Shown in pieces: positions 49,508-58,224 of a stretch of 64,000 bases of DNA. Position numbers and translations under genes: made by a program. Positions within the stretch are counted from its first letter, which is position 1. Every line of letters starts with the position of its first letter. The stretch lies in IMG/VR virus record IMGVR_UViG_3300030329_003290. One strand, written 5' to 3'. Origin of the DNA: an uncultured virus (IMG/VR IMGVR_UViG_3300030329_003290) (taxonomy: Duplodnaviria > Heunggongvirae > Uroviricota > Caudoviricetes). Under the pieces are notes generated by a model. The model had not been told where the DNA came from and did not search any database. It saw only the letters and a list, made by a program, of their open reading frames with translations.

Positions 49508-50017
49508 TTAAAAGTCTCCTGGTGCTACTTGAAATGTATTCAAACCTAAATCTCTCCACATCTTCACAACCTTATCTCTGTCATCAACAACTAAAAAAAC
49601 ATCATCGATATCTACGAAAGTATCTAACATAGATTTCTTTAGTATTTCATCTGGCATAAATCTCATTTCAAATGTGGCAGGATTACCATCAGCAATCGGC
49701 CACGAGTCTGCTTTAAATTTATCTGGTCTCATAACTAAAAGGTCAAATGGTACATTATGTATCTTCAACCAATCTCTAGTAGCAAAAAACCCCCTATCGT
49801 TCCTACCTGAAAAGATTACAATTTTGAATCCATCAGCTTTAAACAATTGAGCCATCTTTATAACTGGTACATTAGGTTCATCCCAATCCATAATAGAAGT
49901 AGGTGAAGCAAATATATCCCAATCCAACTTACCATTAGGTTTTAGCGATTTGTCTCTCCTAACATCAATGTTAGCAAGAGTTCCATCTAAATCAAATATA
50001 ACTGTTTTCTTATTCAT
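49508..50017 (-). CDS. HAD phosphatase (T4 PseT/Pnk 3'-phosphatase-like)
   Basis: FDLDGT, FSGR, MRP, VDDRDKVVKMWR..G..FQVA. Confidence 0.88.
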   Translation of the reverse strand: MNKKTVIFDLDGTLANIDVRRDKSLKPNGKLDWDIFASPTSIMDWDEPNVPVIKMAQLFKADGFKIVIFSGRNDRGFFATRDWLKIHNVPFDLLVMRPDKFKADSWPIADGNPATFEMRFMPDEILKKSMLDTFVDIDDVFLVVDDRDKVVKMWRDLGLNTFQVAPGDF

Positions 50018-50022
50018 ACACG

Positions 50023-50051
50023 AAGCTACAAAGAATTTTGCTAAAAGTCAA
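50023..50051 (-). promoter_or_regulatory. Sigma70-type promoter, probably giving a leaderless mRNA
   Basis: TTGACT-N17-TAGCTT, 5 nt before the ATG. Confidence 0.75.
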
Positions 50052-50059
50052 GGACTTTT

Positions 50060-50467
50060 TTACGCTAATTGTGGTGTTACTAATAATTTGTCTATTTGAG
50101 TCTCTAACGCTGAACATAATTGTTCAACAACAATAGCATTACCAGCATATGATGGAGATGGTGCTCCAGAAACAGCAACAGATTGTGCTGTAGTTGATGC
50201 TATATTGGCAATTATCGAAGCTACAGTAACTAAACAACTTTGACAACTACTGATAGAAATATTATTTGGTGGTGTAGTTAGTGCTGTTGGCGGTAACAGA
50301 GCTTGAATTATATTTACTTGAGTACTTATTGTACCCATAGCAGCAGATGCTGCTGCTATAGCAGCTCCATATCCACTACCTGCTGGTTTAGCAGCAGTTG
50401 CTGTTTTCAAAGCTGTACTAGCAGCAATTAATGCTGTTTGTGCATTTGGTAACATTTTACCTGGCAT
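50060..50467 (-). CDS. Ala-rich helical hypothetical protein
   Basis: AAGGAG RBS immediately after the tmRNA 3' end. Confidence 0.6.
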   Translation of the reverse strand: MPGKMLPNAQTALIAASTALKTATAAKPAGSGYGAAIAAASAAMGTISTQVNIIQALLPPTALTTPPNNISISSCQSCLVTVASIIANIASTTAQSVAVSGAPSPSYAGNAIVVEQLCSALETQIDKLLVTPQLA

Positions 50468-50481
50468 TTGATTCTCCTTAG

Positions 50482-50905
50482 TGGAGCTGGGGGGATTCGA
50501 ACCCCCGTCCAGTCTACTTTTTCCAATGAGTCATTCACAACTTAGTCAGGTTCCTACTAATACTATACGAAGTCACCTGCAACCCAATAACAACTTTGTT
50601 CAGAGTTGCCAACTGGCAGTTTCTTTAATCACTAACTTCCCTCTAGCTAAAGTGAGTTTGTCTAACTTATTTTATGACCGAGTGTTAGACAACTCAGTAA
50701 CTTATGCAGCGTATGCGTAAGTTGGTTGGTAATCACCGATTGGTAAATCAACTGAGTAATCATACTCAGCTAAATGCCAATCTATCACCAACCCTTCGAG
50801 CGAATTATCGCCATTTGAGATTGTGAGTCTTTTATGTCAAGTAGTACTCAAACTCAGTTGCACTCAATTGTCAAATAGCACCTGTCGATTTCCATAGACA
50901 GCCCC
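50482..50905 (-). ncRNA. ssrA: tmRNA
   Basis: 5' GGGGCTG...TCGAC, 3' GGACGGGGGTTCGAATCCCCCCAGCTCCA, G3:U70, internal frame ending YAYAA-stop. Confidence 0.95.
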
Positions 50906-50909
50906 ATAT

Positions 50910-51035
50910 TTAAATATCATCATCTGAAAATTCTTCGTATTCTTCAATGTAAGAAATTATTTCTCTTACTAAGTCCCAATCTTCTTCATCCCTAGCTTCT
51001 TTCAAAGCATTCAATACCCAATCTAAGTCTAGCAT
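50910..51035 (-). CDS. 41-aa highly acidic peptide
   Basis: Manual translation MLDLDWVLNALKEARDEEDWDLVREIISYIEEYEEFSDDDI; GGAG RBS. Confidence 0.6.
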   Translation of the reverse strand: MLDLDWVLNALKEARDEEDWDLVREIISYIEEYEEFSDDDI

Positions 51036-51064
51036 AAATGTCTCCGATTATTCGGAAATAAATA

Positions 51065-51385
51065 TTAGTCTTTCAAAGAATTCTCTAGCTCTTCTCTCAT
51101 TTTATAATATTCATCTAATTCTGGTTGAGCAACTATTTCTGCAGTTTCTGTGGTAGTTGGTGGTCTGGACATAAACATATTTGCTAAAATAGAAAGTCCA
51201 AATGTTTCAAGTATATTCAATTTTGGTAAACCGAATATTATTGGCATCAACCAATTCCACATCAAACACATAGGTATACTAAGTAATAGTCCAATACCAA
51301 AAAATGTAATAAGTGATTTAAAATAGCTCTTAGCTAAAATTAGATGATCTGTAAATCCGAATTTAGATAAATAATTCGTCTTCAT
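51065..51385 (-). CDS. Membrane protein
   Basis: MWNWLMPIIFGLPKL motif and two hydrophobic segments; GAGG RBS. Confidence 0.65.
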   Translation of the reverse strand: MKTNYLSKFGFTDHLILAKSYFKSLITFFGIGLLLSIPMCLMWNWLMPIIFGLPKLNILETFGLSILANMFMSRPPTTTETAEIVAQPELDEYYKMREELENSLKD

Positions 51386-51681
51386 CTATAACCTCTTTCT
51401 TTTGTTCTTTATAAAAAAATGTAGAATATATGCTTTTAGCACTAAAAGAAAAAATTTCTAATATAAAAAGTTGAACTCTCAGAAACTTAGTTCTCAAATC
51501 CAAAGTTTTTATCATATCCTCTACTAATTCTAAATATTTCATAAATGCCATCCCATTACTACAAAGTGTAAATATAAGTATCCAGCGGCAAAAATTAAAA
51601 ACATTTTAAAATAGTCCCATAGTTCATCACTACGAGTGTAACTTATAGGTCGTCTCTTTTTTTCGACCTTATCCCAATCTC

Positions 51682-52029
51682 CTAATCTGCCCATTGTTGT
51701 CCATCCGTAAAAGGTAATCTAACTAAATAATATGGTTTGTTGTCTACATAAAACATTTCTCTACTAGCCCATTGACTTGTTTCTTCAAATACTATTCTAT
51801 CCATAATAATCTCCATAGTTTCCTCTCTCTGTGGTTCATGCATATCATCCCAACCAAAACCCTCTACTATCTCTATCTTTATTTGACAATGTACATCCCA
51901 CGATGGAACTAATCTGTATGGGATTATCTCAGGCTTTTCAGTTAGTAATATCTGTCCTCTTAGTGTACTGAACATAAATGCTATTACAGCGATTGCCAAA
52001 TGTAATAATGAAAGATTCATTCTTTTCAT
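51682..52029 (-). CDS. Hypothetical exported protein
   Basis: Signal-peptide-like N-terminus; AGGAG RBS. Confidence 0.55.
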   Translation of the reverse strand: MKRMNLSLLHLAIAVIAFMFSTLRGQILLTEKPEIIPYRLVPSWDVHCQIKIEIVEGFGWDDMHEPQREETMEIIMDRIVFEETSQWASREMFYVDNKPYYLVRLPFTDGQQWAD

Positions 52030-52229
52030 TTTTTCTCCTTTGTATTATTAAATAATTCTAATTGATTTCGATTCTTATCAAATGGTCTAAACCAATTACC
52101 ATACTCATCAATCCATGCTTCCCAACCATCCCATTCCATATTAAGTGAAATAGCTTTCAACATATTTATATCTAAAGTATCTGATGATTCCAATGTTATT
52201 GGCAATTTACTATGTCTAATTTTCTTCAC
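52026..52229 (-). CDS. Hypothetical protein
   Basis: 67 aa, overlaps both neighbours in operon fashion. Confidence 0.5.
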   Translation of the reverse strand: MKKIRHSKLPITLESSDTLDINMLKAISLNMEWDGWEAWIDEYGNWFRPFDKNRNQLELFNNTKEKK

Positions 52230-52851
52230 GCATTTCCCATCCTTGATTCAAAAAAGGCATTGCCTTTTTGTATTTCAAAACTTTTACTGCATCACCTTTT
52301 TTGATTGTGACTAACTGATTACGACCTATTTTCTTTTCAGCCCTAACAGTAGTATTTACTTGTCTGTCGTGAATTGTCTTACCCATCAAATGGTCTATTT
52401 CGTGTTGAACACATACTGACTCTAAAGTTCTCATTTCTTGATCATTCTTTTTATCATCAGTTTCCCAACTACCTTTACCATCAGATGGTTCTGGCGCCCC
52501 ACTAAAGTACCAACCACTTTCTGATTGAGCAGTTTCAATCATTATATCTCTGTATCTTTTGGTGTGTATTCCTTTGCCTGGATAAGAGAGACAACCCTCA
52601 TAATAAGGTATCTCATTTTCCTTTGATATAATCTTCGGATTGATGAGTACCAAAGGTTCACGAACATTGACAACGGCCACTTGTGCATCAATTCCCACTT
52701 GATTAGCTGCCAACCCAATACCGTCTTTTCTTTCGTTAAGTATCTGAAATAATTCCGTTGCAATAGCCATTCCCTCTTCAACTGAAACCTCCTTGAGTTT
52801 TTTGTTTATAACTGGATTATTATTTTGATAACAATCTATAACCCTATTCAC
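52216..52851 (-). CDS. def: Peptide deformylase
   Basis: GIGLAANQ, EGCLS, QHEIDH. Confidence 0.95.
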   Translation of the reverse strand: MNRVIDCYQNNNPVINKKLKEVSVEEGMAIATELFQILNERKDGIGLAANQVGIDAQVAVVNVREPLVLINPKIISKENEIPYYEGCLSYPGKGIHTKRYRDIMIETAQSESGWYFSGAPEPSDGKGSWETDDKKNDQEMRTLESVCVQHEIDHLMGKTIHDRQVNTTVRAEKKIGRNQLVTIKKGDAVKVLKYKKAMPFLNQGWEMREEN

Positions 52852-53289
52852 TTATCCCCCAAACTTATGATTCAGAAAATCTTTTTGTTTTTGTATTGCT
52901 TTTTTCAAAGCTGCTTTTTTCTCTTTGTTTCTAGCAATAAGTATCTGATCTTTTGTTCTTCTTTTAGTTTTTTTCTTGGCTGCTACTTTAGTAGGTGGTA
53001 ATGTACCTTTCAACTTAGGTTGTTCTTTACCTTTGTGAAATACATTACCATCCTTATCTACAAACTCAGCCATCCAATGCCAACCAGCAGGACGACCTGT
53101 AGGTTTGTATGTTGGTTTAGTAACATCAGGAAATTGTTTGAACATTCTACCCATCAATGCCCTACTACTAATTACAGATACCGCTTCTGTACTTACATTA
53201 GATACAGGTTCACCTGTAATTTTACAATCCATATATGCCACTCCATTGATGAAGTAACCACCATTTTTTTCAAATGTACTTTTAGCCAT
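52852..53289 (-). CDS. Basic hypothetical protein
   Basis: GRPAGWHWMAEFVDKDGNVFHKGKEQPKLKG; AGGAG RBS. Confidence 0.65.
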   Translation of the reverse strand: MAKSTFEKNGGYFINGVAYMDCKITGEPVSNVSTEAVSVISSRALMGRMFKQFPDVTKPTYKPTGRPAGWHWMAEFVDKDGNVFHKGKEQPKLKGTLPPTKVAAKKKTKRRTKDQILIARNKEKKAALKKAIQKQKDFLNHKFGG

Positions 53290-53812
53290 TTGCTAACTCC
53301 TTTTCTTTTTGTAACCAGTTTAGTTTATAAATTTGAGCATCTGTATATTTGTATGGTTGAACATTTTCAGATTCTAAAATGTCCACTACATTTACCCACT
53401 TAGGATTCATAGTATCCCTTACTTGATAAACACCATCTTTTTTGCCAGTACCTTTGAGTAGAATAAAATCCCCATAATCAAAAGGCCCACCCCATCGTTT
53501 TAGTAAGTTACGAGACAAAGCAACAAACTTATAATCTGATGCTTTACTAATACGAATCTTAGTGCCATCAGCAGTAATGTTTGGTGTTCTATCTGTTTGT
53601 GGATATACAGGTTGATACATCGTAACATCTACAACAATCCCATATTCGTTGTAATGTTCCAATTCTGTTCTTAGTTCATGATTCTCTGTTTCTAATCGTT
53701 CAATCTTACCAGAATACATATTCTTATAAGACTCAAACATATTAGTTGAGAAGAATCCATTTATAAAAGTAACTGCTAAGACTGCAGCTACAGCTTTATT
53801 GGTGTCTATCAT
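53282..53812 (-). CDS. 3D-domain (double-psi beta-barrel) cell-wall protein with membrane anchor
   Basis: VTMY..QTD..ITADG, VALSR, VRDTM, VDIL. Confidence 0.8.
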   Translation of the reverse strand: MIDTNKAVAAVLAVTFINGFFSTNMFESYKNMYSGKIERLETENHELRTELEHYNEYGIVVDVTMYQPVYPQTDRTPNITADGTKIRISKASDYKFVALSRNLLKRWGGPFDYGDFILLKGTGKKDGVYQVRDTMNPKWVNVVDILESENVQPYKYTDAQIYKLNWLQKEKELANG

Positions 53813-53839
53813 ATATTATCTTTCCTATTATATATTGCA

Positions 53840-53869
53840 AAGCTAATAAAGAAATGCCATACAAGTCAA
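53840..53869 (-). promoter_or_regulatory. Sigma70-type promoter
   Basis: TTGACT-N18-TAGCTT. Confidence 0.7.
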
Positions 53870-53878
53870 GTACTTTTT

Positions 53879-54796
53879 TTACTTTTCTGTTTTTATTCCA
53901 CCTTTTAGGGTTGGTCTGTTAATATCGACATCTTTATTTTCGTCTACAGTGATAGCTTCAGAGACTACATCCGTAACTTCTTTATCGGAAACAGGTTCTC
54001 TATTTATCATTTTTATCAATGTATCGGATATTTTTTTTGTATCTATTTTCTTTCTTTTTTTCTTTGCTTTGTTTATTGGTTTAGGTTCAGCCCCATCTTG
54101 CATTAAGATGTGATTGTAACTAATAACAAAGATAACTGCCATTGGATCGAAAACAAAAATTAGAATGAATATGAAAAATTTCACTACTGAATCAACATCT
54201 GTGTCGAATACCCTTGCTAAATAAATAGCAGGTCCTACATCAACACCTGTTTCAACTAGTGCTATTTTCAAATCACCTATTTCCGATTTCAAAGAAAGCA
54301 TTTGATTATTTATTTCATTGATTTTCGGCTGATAATCCTCTCTCAATTTTCTTTTAGCAGTACGATAGTTTTCTGGCAATTCCTCTACAGCAGCTTCTAA
54401 TTCTTCCTTTAGGAATTTCTTATCTTCTGATAATTGGTCTAACCTATCTTCCTTATATAATAAAGCAGTAGATTCTTTTTCAAATGTTACTGTGGCACCT
54501 TGATAAGCATTGGATAAGAATCCAAATATACCAGCAGATGTTATTAGAACAAGAATAATTGTTGCTATTGTCATATAAGTTCTGTGCAATAGGTTTATAT
54601 TAGTCCAGTATCTATATAAGAACGAAGCAGCAACCAACTTACCAAACTCTAACGAACCAGCCATTATTATTACAGCAAGTTGAGCACCAGCAAATAATTT
54701 TGATAACCCAAAAACCGAAAAGAAAGCAGCGCTACCAGCAATTGATAATGCTGAAAATCCTACTAACTTATGAAATGATTTCGATGATTCAAACAT
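53879..54796 (-). CDS. Multi-pass membrane protein with coiled coil
   Basis: Three N-terminal TM segments, coiled coil, VGPAIYLA, IFVFDPMA. Confidence 0.7.
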   Translation of the reverse strand: MFESSKSFHKLVGFSALSIAGSAAFFSVFGLSKLFAGAQLAVIIMAGSLEFGKLVAASFLYRYWTNINLLHRTYMTIATIILVLITSAGIFGFLSNAYQGATVTFEKESTALLYKEDRLDQLSEDKKFLKEELEAAVEELPENYRTAKRKLREDYQPKINEINNQMLSLKSEIGDLKIALVETGVDVGPAIYLARVFDTDVDSVVKFFIFILIFVFDPMAVIFVISYNHILMQDGAEPKPINKAKKKRKKIDTKKISDTLIKMINREPVSDKEVTDVVSEAITVDENKDVDINRPTLKGGIKTEK

Positions 54797-54839
54797 CGGG
54801 TATCTCCTTATTATTTATTATAAATAAATATATGAAAAC

Positions 54840-55109
54840 CTATTTTCTATCATCAAAATCAGCTTCTTGACACTTCATACACACATAAAATTGATCATTG
54901 TTCCTCAGAACAGTGTCAGCTAATCTCCACATATTTTTGAGATCTTCTGTACTATAACCAGAGTCAACCGATACTGTTCCAAGAACAATGTATAGATCAT
55001 TGTCTAATTTAATAAGGCGATTATTTAATTTTGACAATGTTCTTTTTTGGGAGTTCGGGCTCTGTCTTTGGTATTTCGACAGAGAGTATACCATCTTTGA
55101 ATGTGGCAT
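54840..55109 (-). CDS. Small hypothetical protein (true start probably downstream of 55109)
   Basis: C-terminal ~60 codons fill the gap after hsp20; N-terminal part overlaps hsp20. Confidence 0.45.
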   Translation of the reverse strand: MPHSKMVYSLSKYQRQSPNSQKRTLSKLNNRLIKLDNDLYIVLGTVSVDSGYSTEDLKNMWRLADTVLRNNDQFYVCMKCQEADFDDRK

Positions 55110-55497
55110 TTATATTATCCCCATCCAACATATCACCCAAAGTGAAAGAACGCTTGAATGAAGAATGCTTCAATTCTCTTCTGAGAACTTTAGCTTTAGC
55201 CTCATCAAACATTCCATGATGTTTCTCACCAGAAATGGTAAGTGTCCCATCCTCTACTTCGACATTCAAGTCTTTTTTATCAAGACCTGGAATCTCAGCA
55301 ATTACACCAACTTTGTCATCGTATTCATATACATTGACCTTTGGGTATGCTGTTCCTGAAAATGGATTGACACCAACTTGTTGGTTGATTTGAGGAAATG
55401 TAGATGAAACAATATCATCAAACATTTTATCAAAGGGTGTTAGAAAGGAATCTCTATCGATTACGGGTAGTCCGCGATGTAAAGTAACTTTAGTCAT
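55021..55497 (-). CDS. Small heat shock protein (Hsp20/alpha-crystallin)
   Basis: YPKVNV, AEIPGL, LTISGEK, FKRSFTL, ATFKDGILSVEIPK; AGGAG RBS before MTKVT. Confidence 0.95.
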   Translation of the reverse strand: MTKVTLHRGLPVIDRDSFLTPFDKMFDDIVSSTFPQINQQVGVNPFSGTAYPKVNVYEYDDKVGVIAEIPGLDKKDLNVEVEDGTLTISGEKHHGMFDEAKAKVLRRELKHSSFKRSFTLGDMLDGDNINATFKDGILSVEIPKTEPELPKKNIVKIK

Positions 55498-55569
55498 TTT
55501 ATTTCTCCTATGTTGTTTACTTTTAGTCAAACGATGTATCCTCATTTGAGCGATACACACTTTATATTA

Positions 55570-55652
55570 TACAATTTCTATACCATTTACATGCGTATGT
55601 CATATTGTCATTATATAAATATAATAAAATTTTTTTTCTGTCATAATGTCAT
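55570..55652 (-). promoter_or_regulatory. Putative sigma54-like promoter with two tandem ATGACA direct-repeat pairs upstream of hsp20
   Basis: TGGTATAGAAATTGTA (55585-55570); plus-strand TGTCAT-N2-TGTCAT at 55598-55611 and 55639-55652. Confidence 0.5.
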
Positions 55653-55804
55653 ACTAACCAAAAGTAGAGCAGGTGTCCATCATTTACTGAAACTTTTTAG
55701 GCCTTTTAGTTCCCTCTCTTCTAATTATGCTCCCCATTCTTTTGGTGAATATGAAACTATATTATAAATATCGTGAAAAGCCAAAAAAGTGTTAAATATT
55801 TTTA

Positions 55805-56281
55805 CTAAACTTCAAGAGCTCTACGAAACCAACCAAAATAAAATTTTTCTAAGTCTGGTTTGCGTGTTACCAAGTCTGCATAATACTTAACTCGGTATGC
55901 TCTCACCCTATCTAATTCAACACCATCCATAGCAGCGATAGTCTTGGGTCCCATGCCACCATCAACTTTTAGATTTGCTCCTTTAGCGTTAGCTGCTCTT
56001 TGCATAATCCTCACCGCTCTACTTCTACCTTGGTTAACACACATATCAAAATAAATATGTCTTAGATTTTCTGGCAAATCTTCAACTTTATTTCTGTCCC
56101 AATAATGTTCTTTATAGATTTCTTTAGCACCCTCTTCTGTAAGGTTTTTTATATCTACATCAGGATGACTTCTTTTAGCTATACCAAAATTAGTCTCTCC
56201 ACCTGGATCTTTCGGATCATTTACATATCCACCCTCGTGATGTAATACTACTTCTATAATATCATCAAATTTAATTAGCAT
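55805..56281 (-). CDS. Glycosyl hydrolase family 108 endolysin
   Basis: HEGGYVNDPKDPGGETNFGI, FDMCVNQG, VDGGMGPKT, FYFGWFRR. Confidence 0.92.
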   Translation of the reverse strand: MLIKFDDIIEVVLHHEGGYVNDPKDPGGETNFGIAKRSHPDVDIKNLTEEGAKEIYKEHYWDRNKVEDLPENLRHIYFDMCVNQGRSRAVRIMQRAANAKGANLKVDGGMGPKTIAAMDGVELDRVRAYRVKYYADLVTRKPDLEKFYFGWFRRALEV

Positions 56282-56915
56282 TATTTTCTCCATTTATAGT
56301 AATTTTATGTACAAAGATATTTTTAGATGGGCAATAATTCCAACTATCTTGATGTTGGTGTTCTACGACAATATCATCTGTTTCTGAGTGCGCCCATTCT
56401 ATATCTTCATATCCTGATTTCCAAGCTTGCATATTATCCCATATACAAAATCTAGTTCCTCCTTGTTGCCACTTTACATAAACTCTTTTACCCTCAACTA
56501 CTGTTTGTACGGGCTTTGATAATTTAAGAACTACTTCTTTTTTGAAATATTCTATGTTCATATCATCAAAAGTATCAAATAATATTCCATCATATTTACC
56601 AAAGTTATCAATATTTTTATACCAATCACCCTTTACTATTTTTACATTAGGTTTATCACTAGCCCACTCTTCTAATCTCTGAATAACTTCAGGATCTATT
56701 TCACATATTGTATGGCTGGTAGGATTATATTGCTGTATAAAGTTTGATGCTATACCCATACCAAATCCAATTTCTAAAATGTCATTTCTCTCTGCCCATC
56801 CACCAGAACATACAAATCTAGCCATTCTTTCCATAACTGGTGTTTCCCAATTATGCATAACTACTTTCTTACCTTTCAGTATAGAATTTTCTGTAAATGT
56901 GTATGGTGTAGCCAT
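56271..56915 (-). CDS. Class I SAM methyltransferase, GAMT/RMT2-like
   Basis: VMHNWETPVM, LEIGFGMGI, HTICE, YDGILFDTF. Confidence 0.8.
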   Translation of the reverse strand: MATPYTFTENSILKGKKVVMHNWETPVMERMARFVCSGGWAERNDILEIGFGMGIASNFIQQYNPTSHTICEIDPEVIQRLEEWASDKPNVKIVKGDWYKNIDNFGKYDGILFDTFDDMNIEYFKKEVVLKLSKPVQTVVEGKRVYVKWQQGGTRFCIWDNMQAWKSGYEDIEWAHSETDDIVVEHQHQDSWNYCPSKNIFVHKITINGENNAN

Positions 56916-57556
56916 TACTTACTACTATAACTTACTAATTGACTAGAAAGTAATCCTTGTATTGTATAATACAATGATGGGTTTCTTTTCAATAATTCTT
57001 TGAATTCAGGTTGTTTCCAAACCAAGCATTCAGTATTGTGTTTTACAACACAAGTTGCTGTTGCTGGTTTCTCTGTAAGGAATGACATCTCCCCTACAAA
57101 CTGACCATCTTTTAGTTCAGCTACCTTTTTACCATCTACTGCCACATCAACAGTTCCATTATATATCAATATTAAATCTAATACTGGTGTACCTTGTCGT
57201 ATAATCTTTTCACCACTTTCATATTTTTCCCATCTGGCAACTTTACTAATTTTTAGATACTCAACAGGACTCAAATCTTTGAATAGAGTTTCATACAACT
57301 CTTTGTCTTTTGGTGCCATTTTGATTGGTCGTTTTTCATATATGATAACTGCTATGTGATAGAGGTTGAGAGTAATAAATACAAAATTCCAATTGATAGC
57401 CAACCACATTGGTTCAACTGGTATGGTGTAGTTATAAAATACTGAAAATAAACTAGCAAGTATGGATACTACTCGTAACCACAAAATGTCTTTTACTAAA
57501 AAAGAAAATGCTATTAAACCAAATGCTAAATGACCAGCTATAGTTGCGATATCCAT
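56915..57556 (-). CDS. Popeye-like membrane protein with cyclic-nucleotide-binding domain
   Basis: Three TM segments (SFLVKDILWLR, WNFVFITLN), ELYETLF, IIRQG..LIYNGTV..GQFVGEMSF..ATAT. Confidence 0.85.
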   Translation of the reverse strand: MDIATIAGHLAFGLIAFSFLVKDILWLRVVSILASLFSVFYNYTIPVEPMWLAINWNFVFITLNLYHIAVIIYEKRPIKMAPKDKELYETLFKDLSPVEYLKISKVARWEKYESGEKIIRQGTPVLDLILIYNGTVDVAVDGKKVAELKDGQFVGEMSFLTEKPATATCVVKHNTECLVWKQPEFKELLKRNPSLYYTIQGLLSSQLVSYSSK

Positions 57557-57557
57557 T

Positions 57558-57917
57558 TTACCACTTCCACCCTAACATTGTTTTAGTTTTTTTGAAATTT
57601 TCTGCTGCTTGTTTCATTCCATAAATTTTATTTATCTTTGGATTCCAAGTATCTTTGAAGAATTTCATTGGCATTCCTTTGAAACCATATTTACTTGAAC
57701 CTGCAACCATTGTTTGCCAGTCTTCAACTACACCTCTCTTATTTACAATCCAAACATGCTTATATCTTTTACCACCTGAAATCCAATCGTTTTGTACTGT
57801 ACCAAATACTACTTTTGCCTTTTTATCTCGTTGGTTGGTCATATAATATTTCCAAGCCCACTGGACACATTCACCACAAGCAATTACTTCATTTAGTAAA
57901 TGCTTTAGTCTAATCAT
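57558..57917 (-). CDS. Small protein with MIRLKHLLNE leader and putative Cys-His-Asp (transglutaminase/papain-like) triad
   Basis: GEC, KHVWI, VEDW in the order expected for that fold. Confidence 0.55.
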   Translation of the reverse strand: MIRLKHLLNEVIACGECVQWAWKYYMTNQRDKKAKVVFGTVQNDWISGGKRYKHVWIVNKRGVVEDWQTMVAGSSKYGFKGMPMKFFKDTWNPKINKIYGMKQAAENFKKTKTMLGWKW

Positions 57918-58224
57918 CTGCGTGTTCTAATAGTTTGTTATCATTTTCTTGGTTGTTGAACCAGAAGTCAATTACTTTGGCAAACGAACCAACAAATCCA
58001 CCCAACATCAATAGTAGGATTTCTTTCCATCCATCTGTAACATCTTTGCCTTGTCCCATAAAATAAATCATAAGCATTAGTATTACAGCAAACATACCCA
58101 CAACAGCAATACTTACATACCACTTACGGGATTGTCTATACTCAATTAGGTCTACTAATTTGACATTTATAAAATGTTTTTGATTTTGTCTTGCATCTTT
58201 TGTTGTTAAATCTTTAGCATCCAA
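57910..58224 (-). CDS. Two-TM membrane protein (holin-like)
   Basis: Two hydrophobic helices, KVIDFWF; GGAG RBS, TTG start. Confidence 0.55.
   Translation of the reverse strand: MDAKDLTTKDARQNQKHFINVKLVDLIEYRQSRKWYVSIAVVGMFAVILMLMIYFMGQGKDVTDGWKEILLLMLGGFVGSFAKVIDFWFNNQENDNKLLEHADD

Noticed and set aside
50481..50720. 79-aa plus-strand ORF (MELGGFEPPS...)
   Set aside because: Antisense shadow of the tmRNA 3' half
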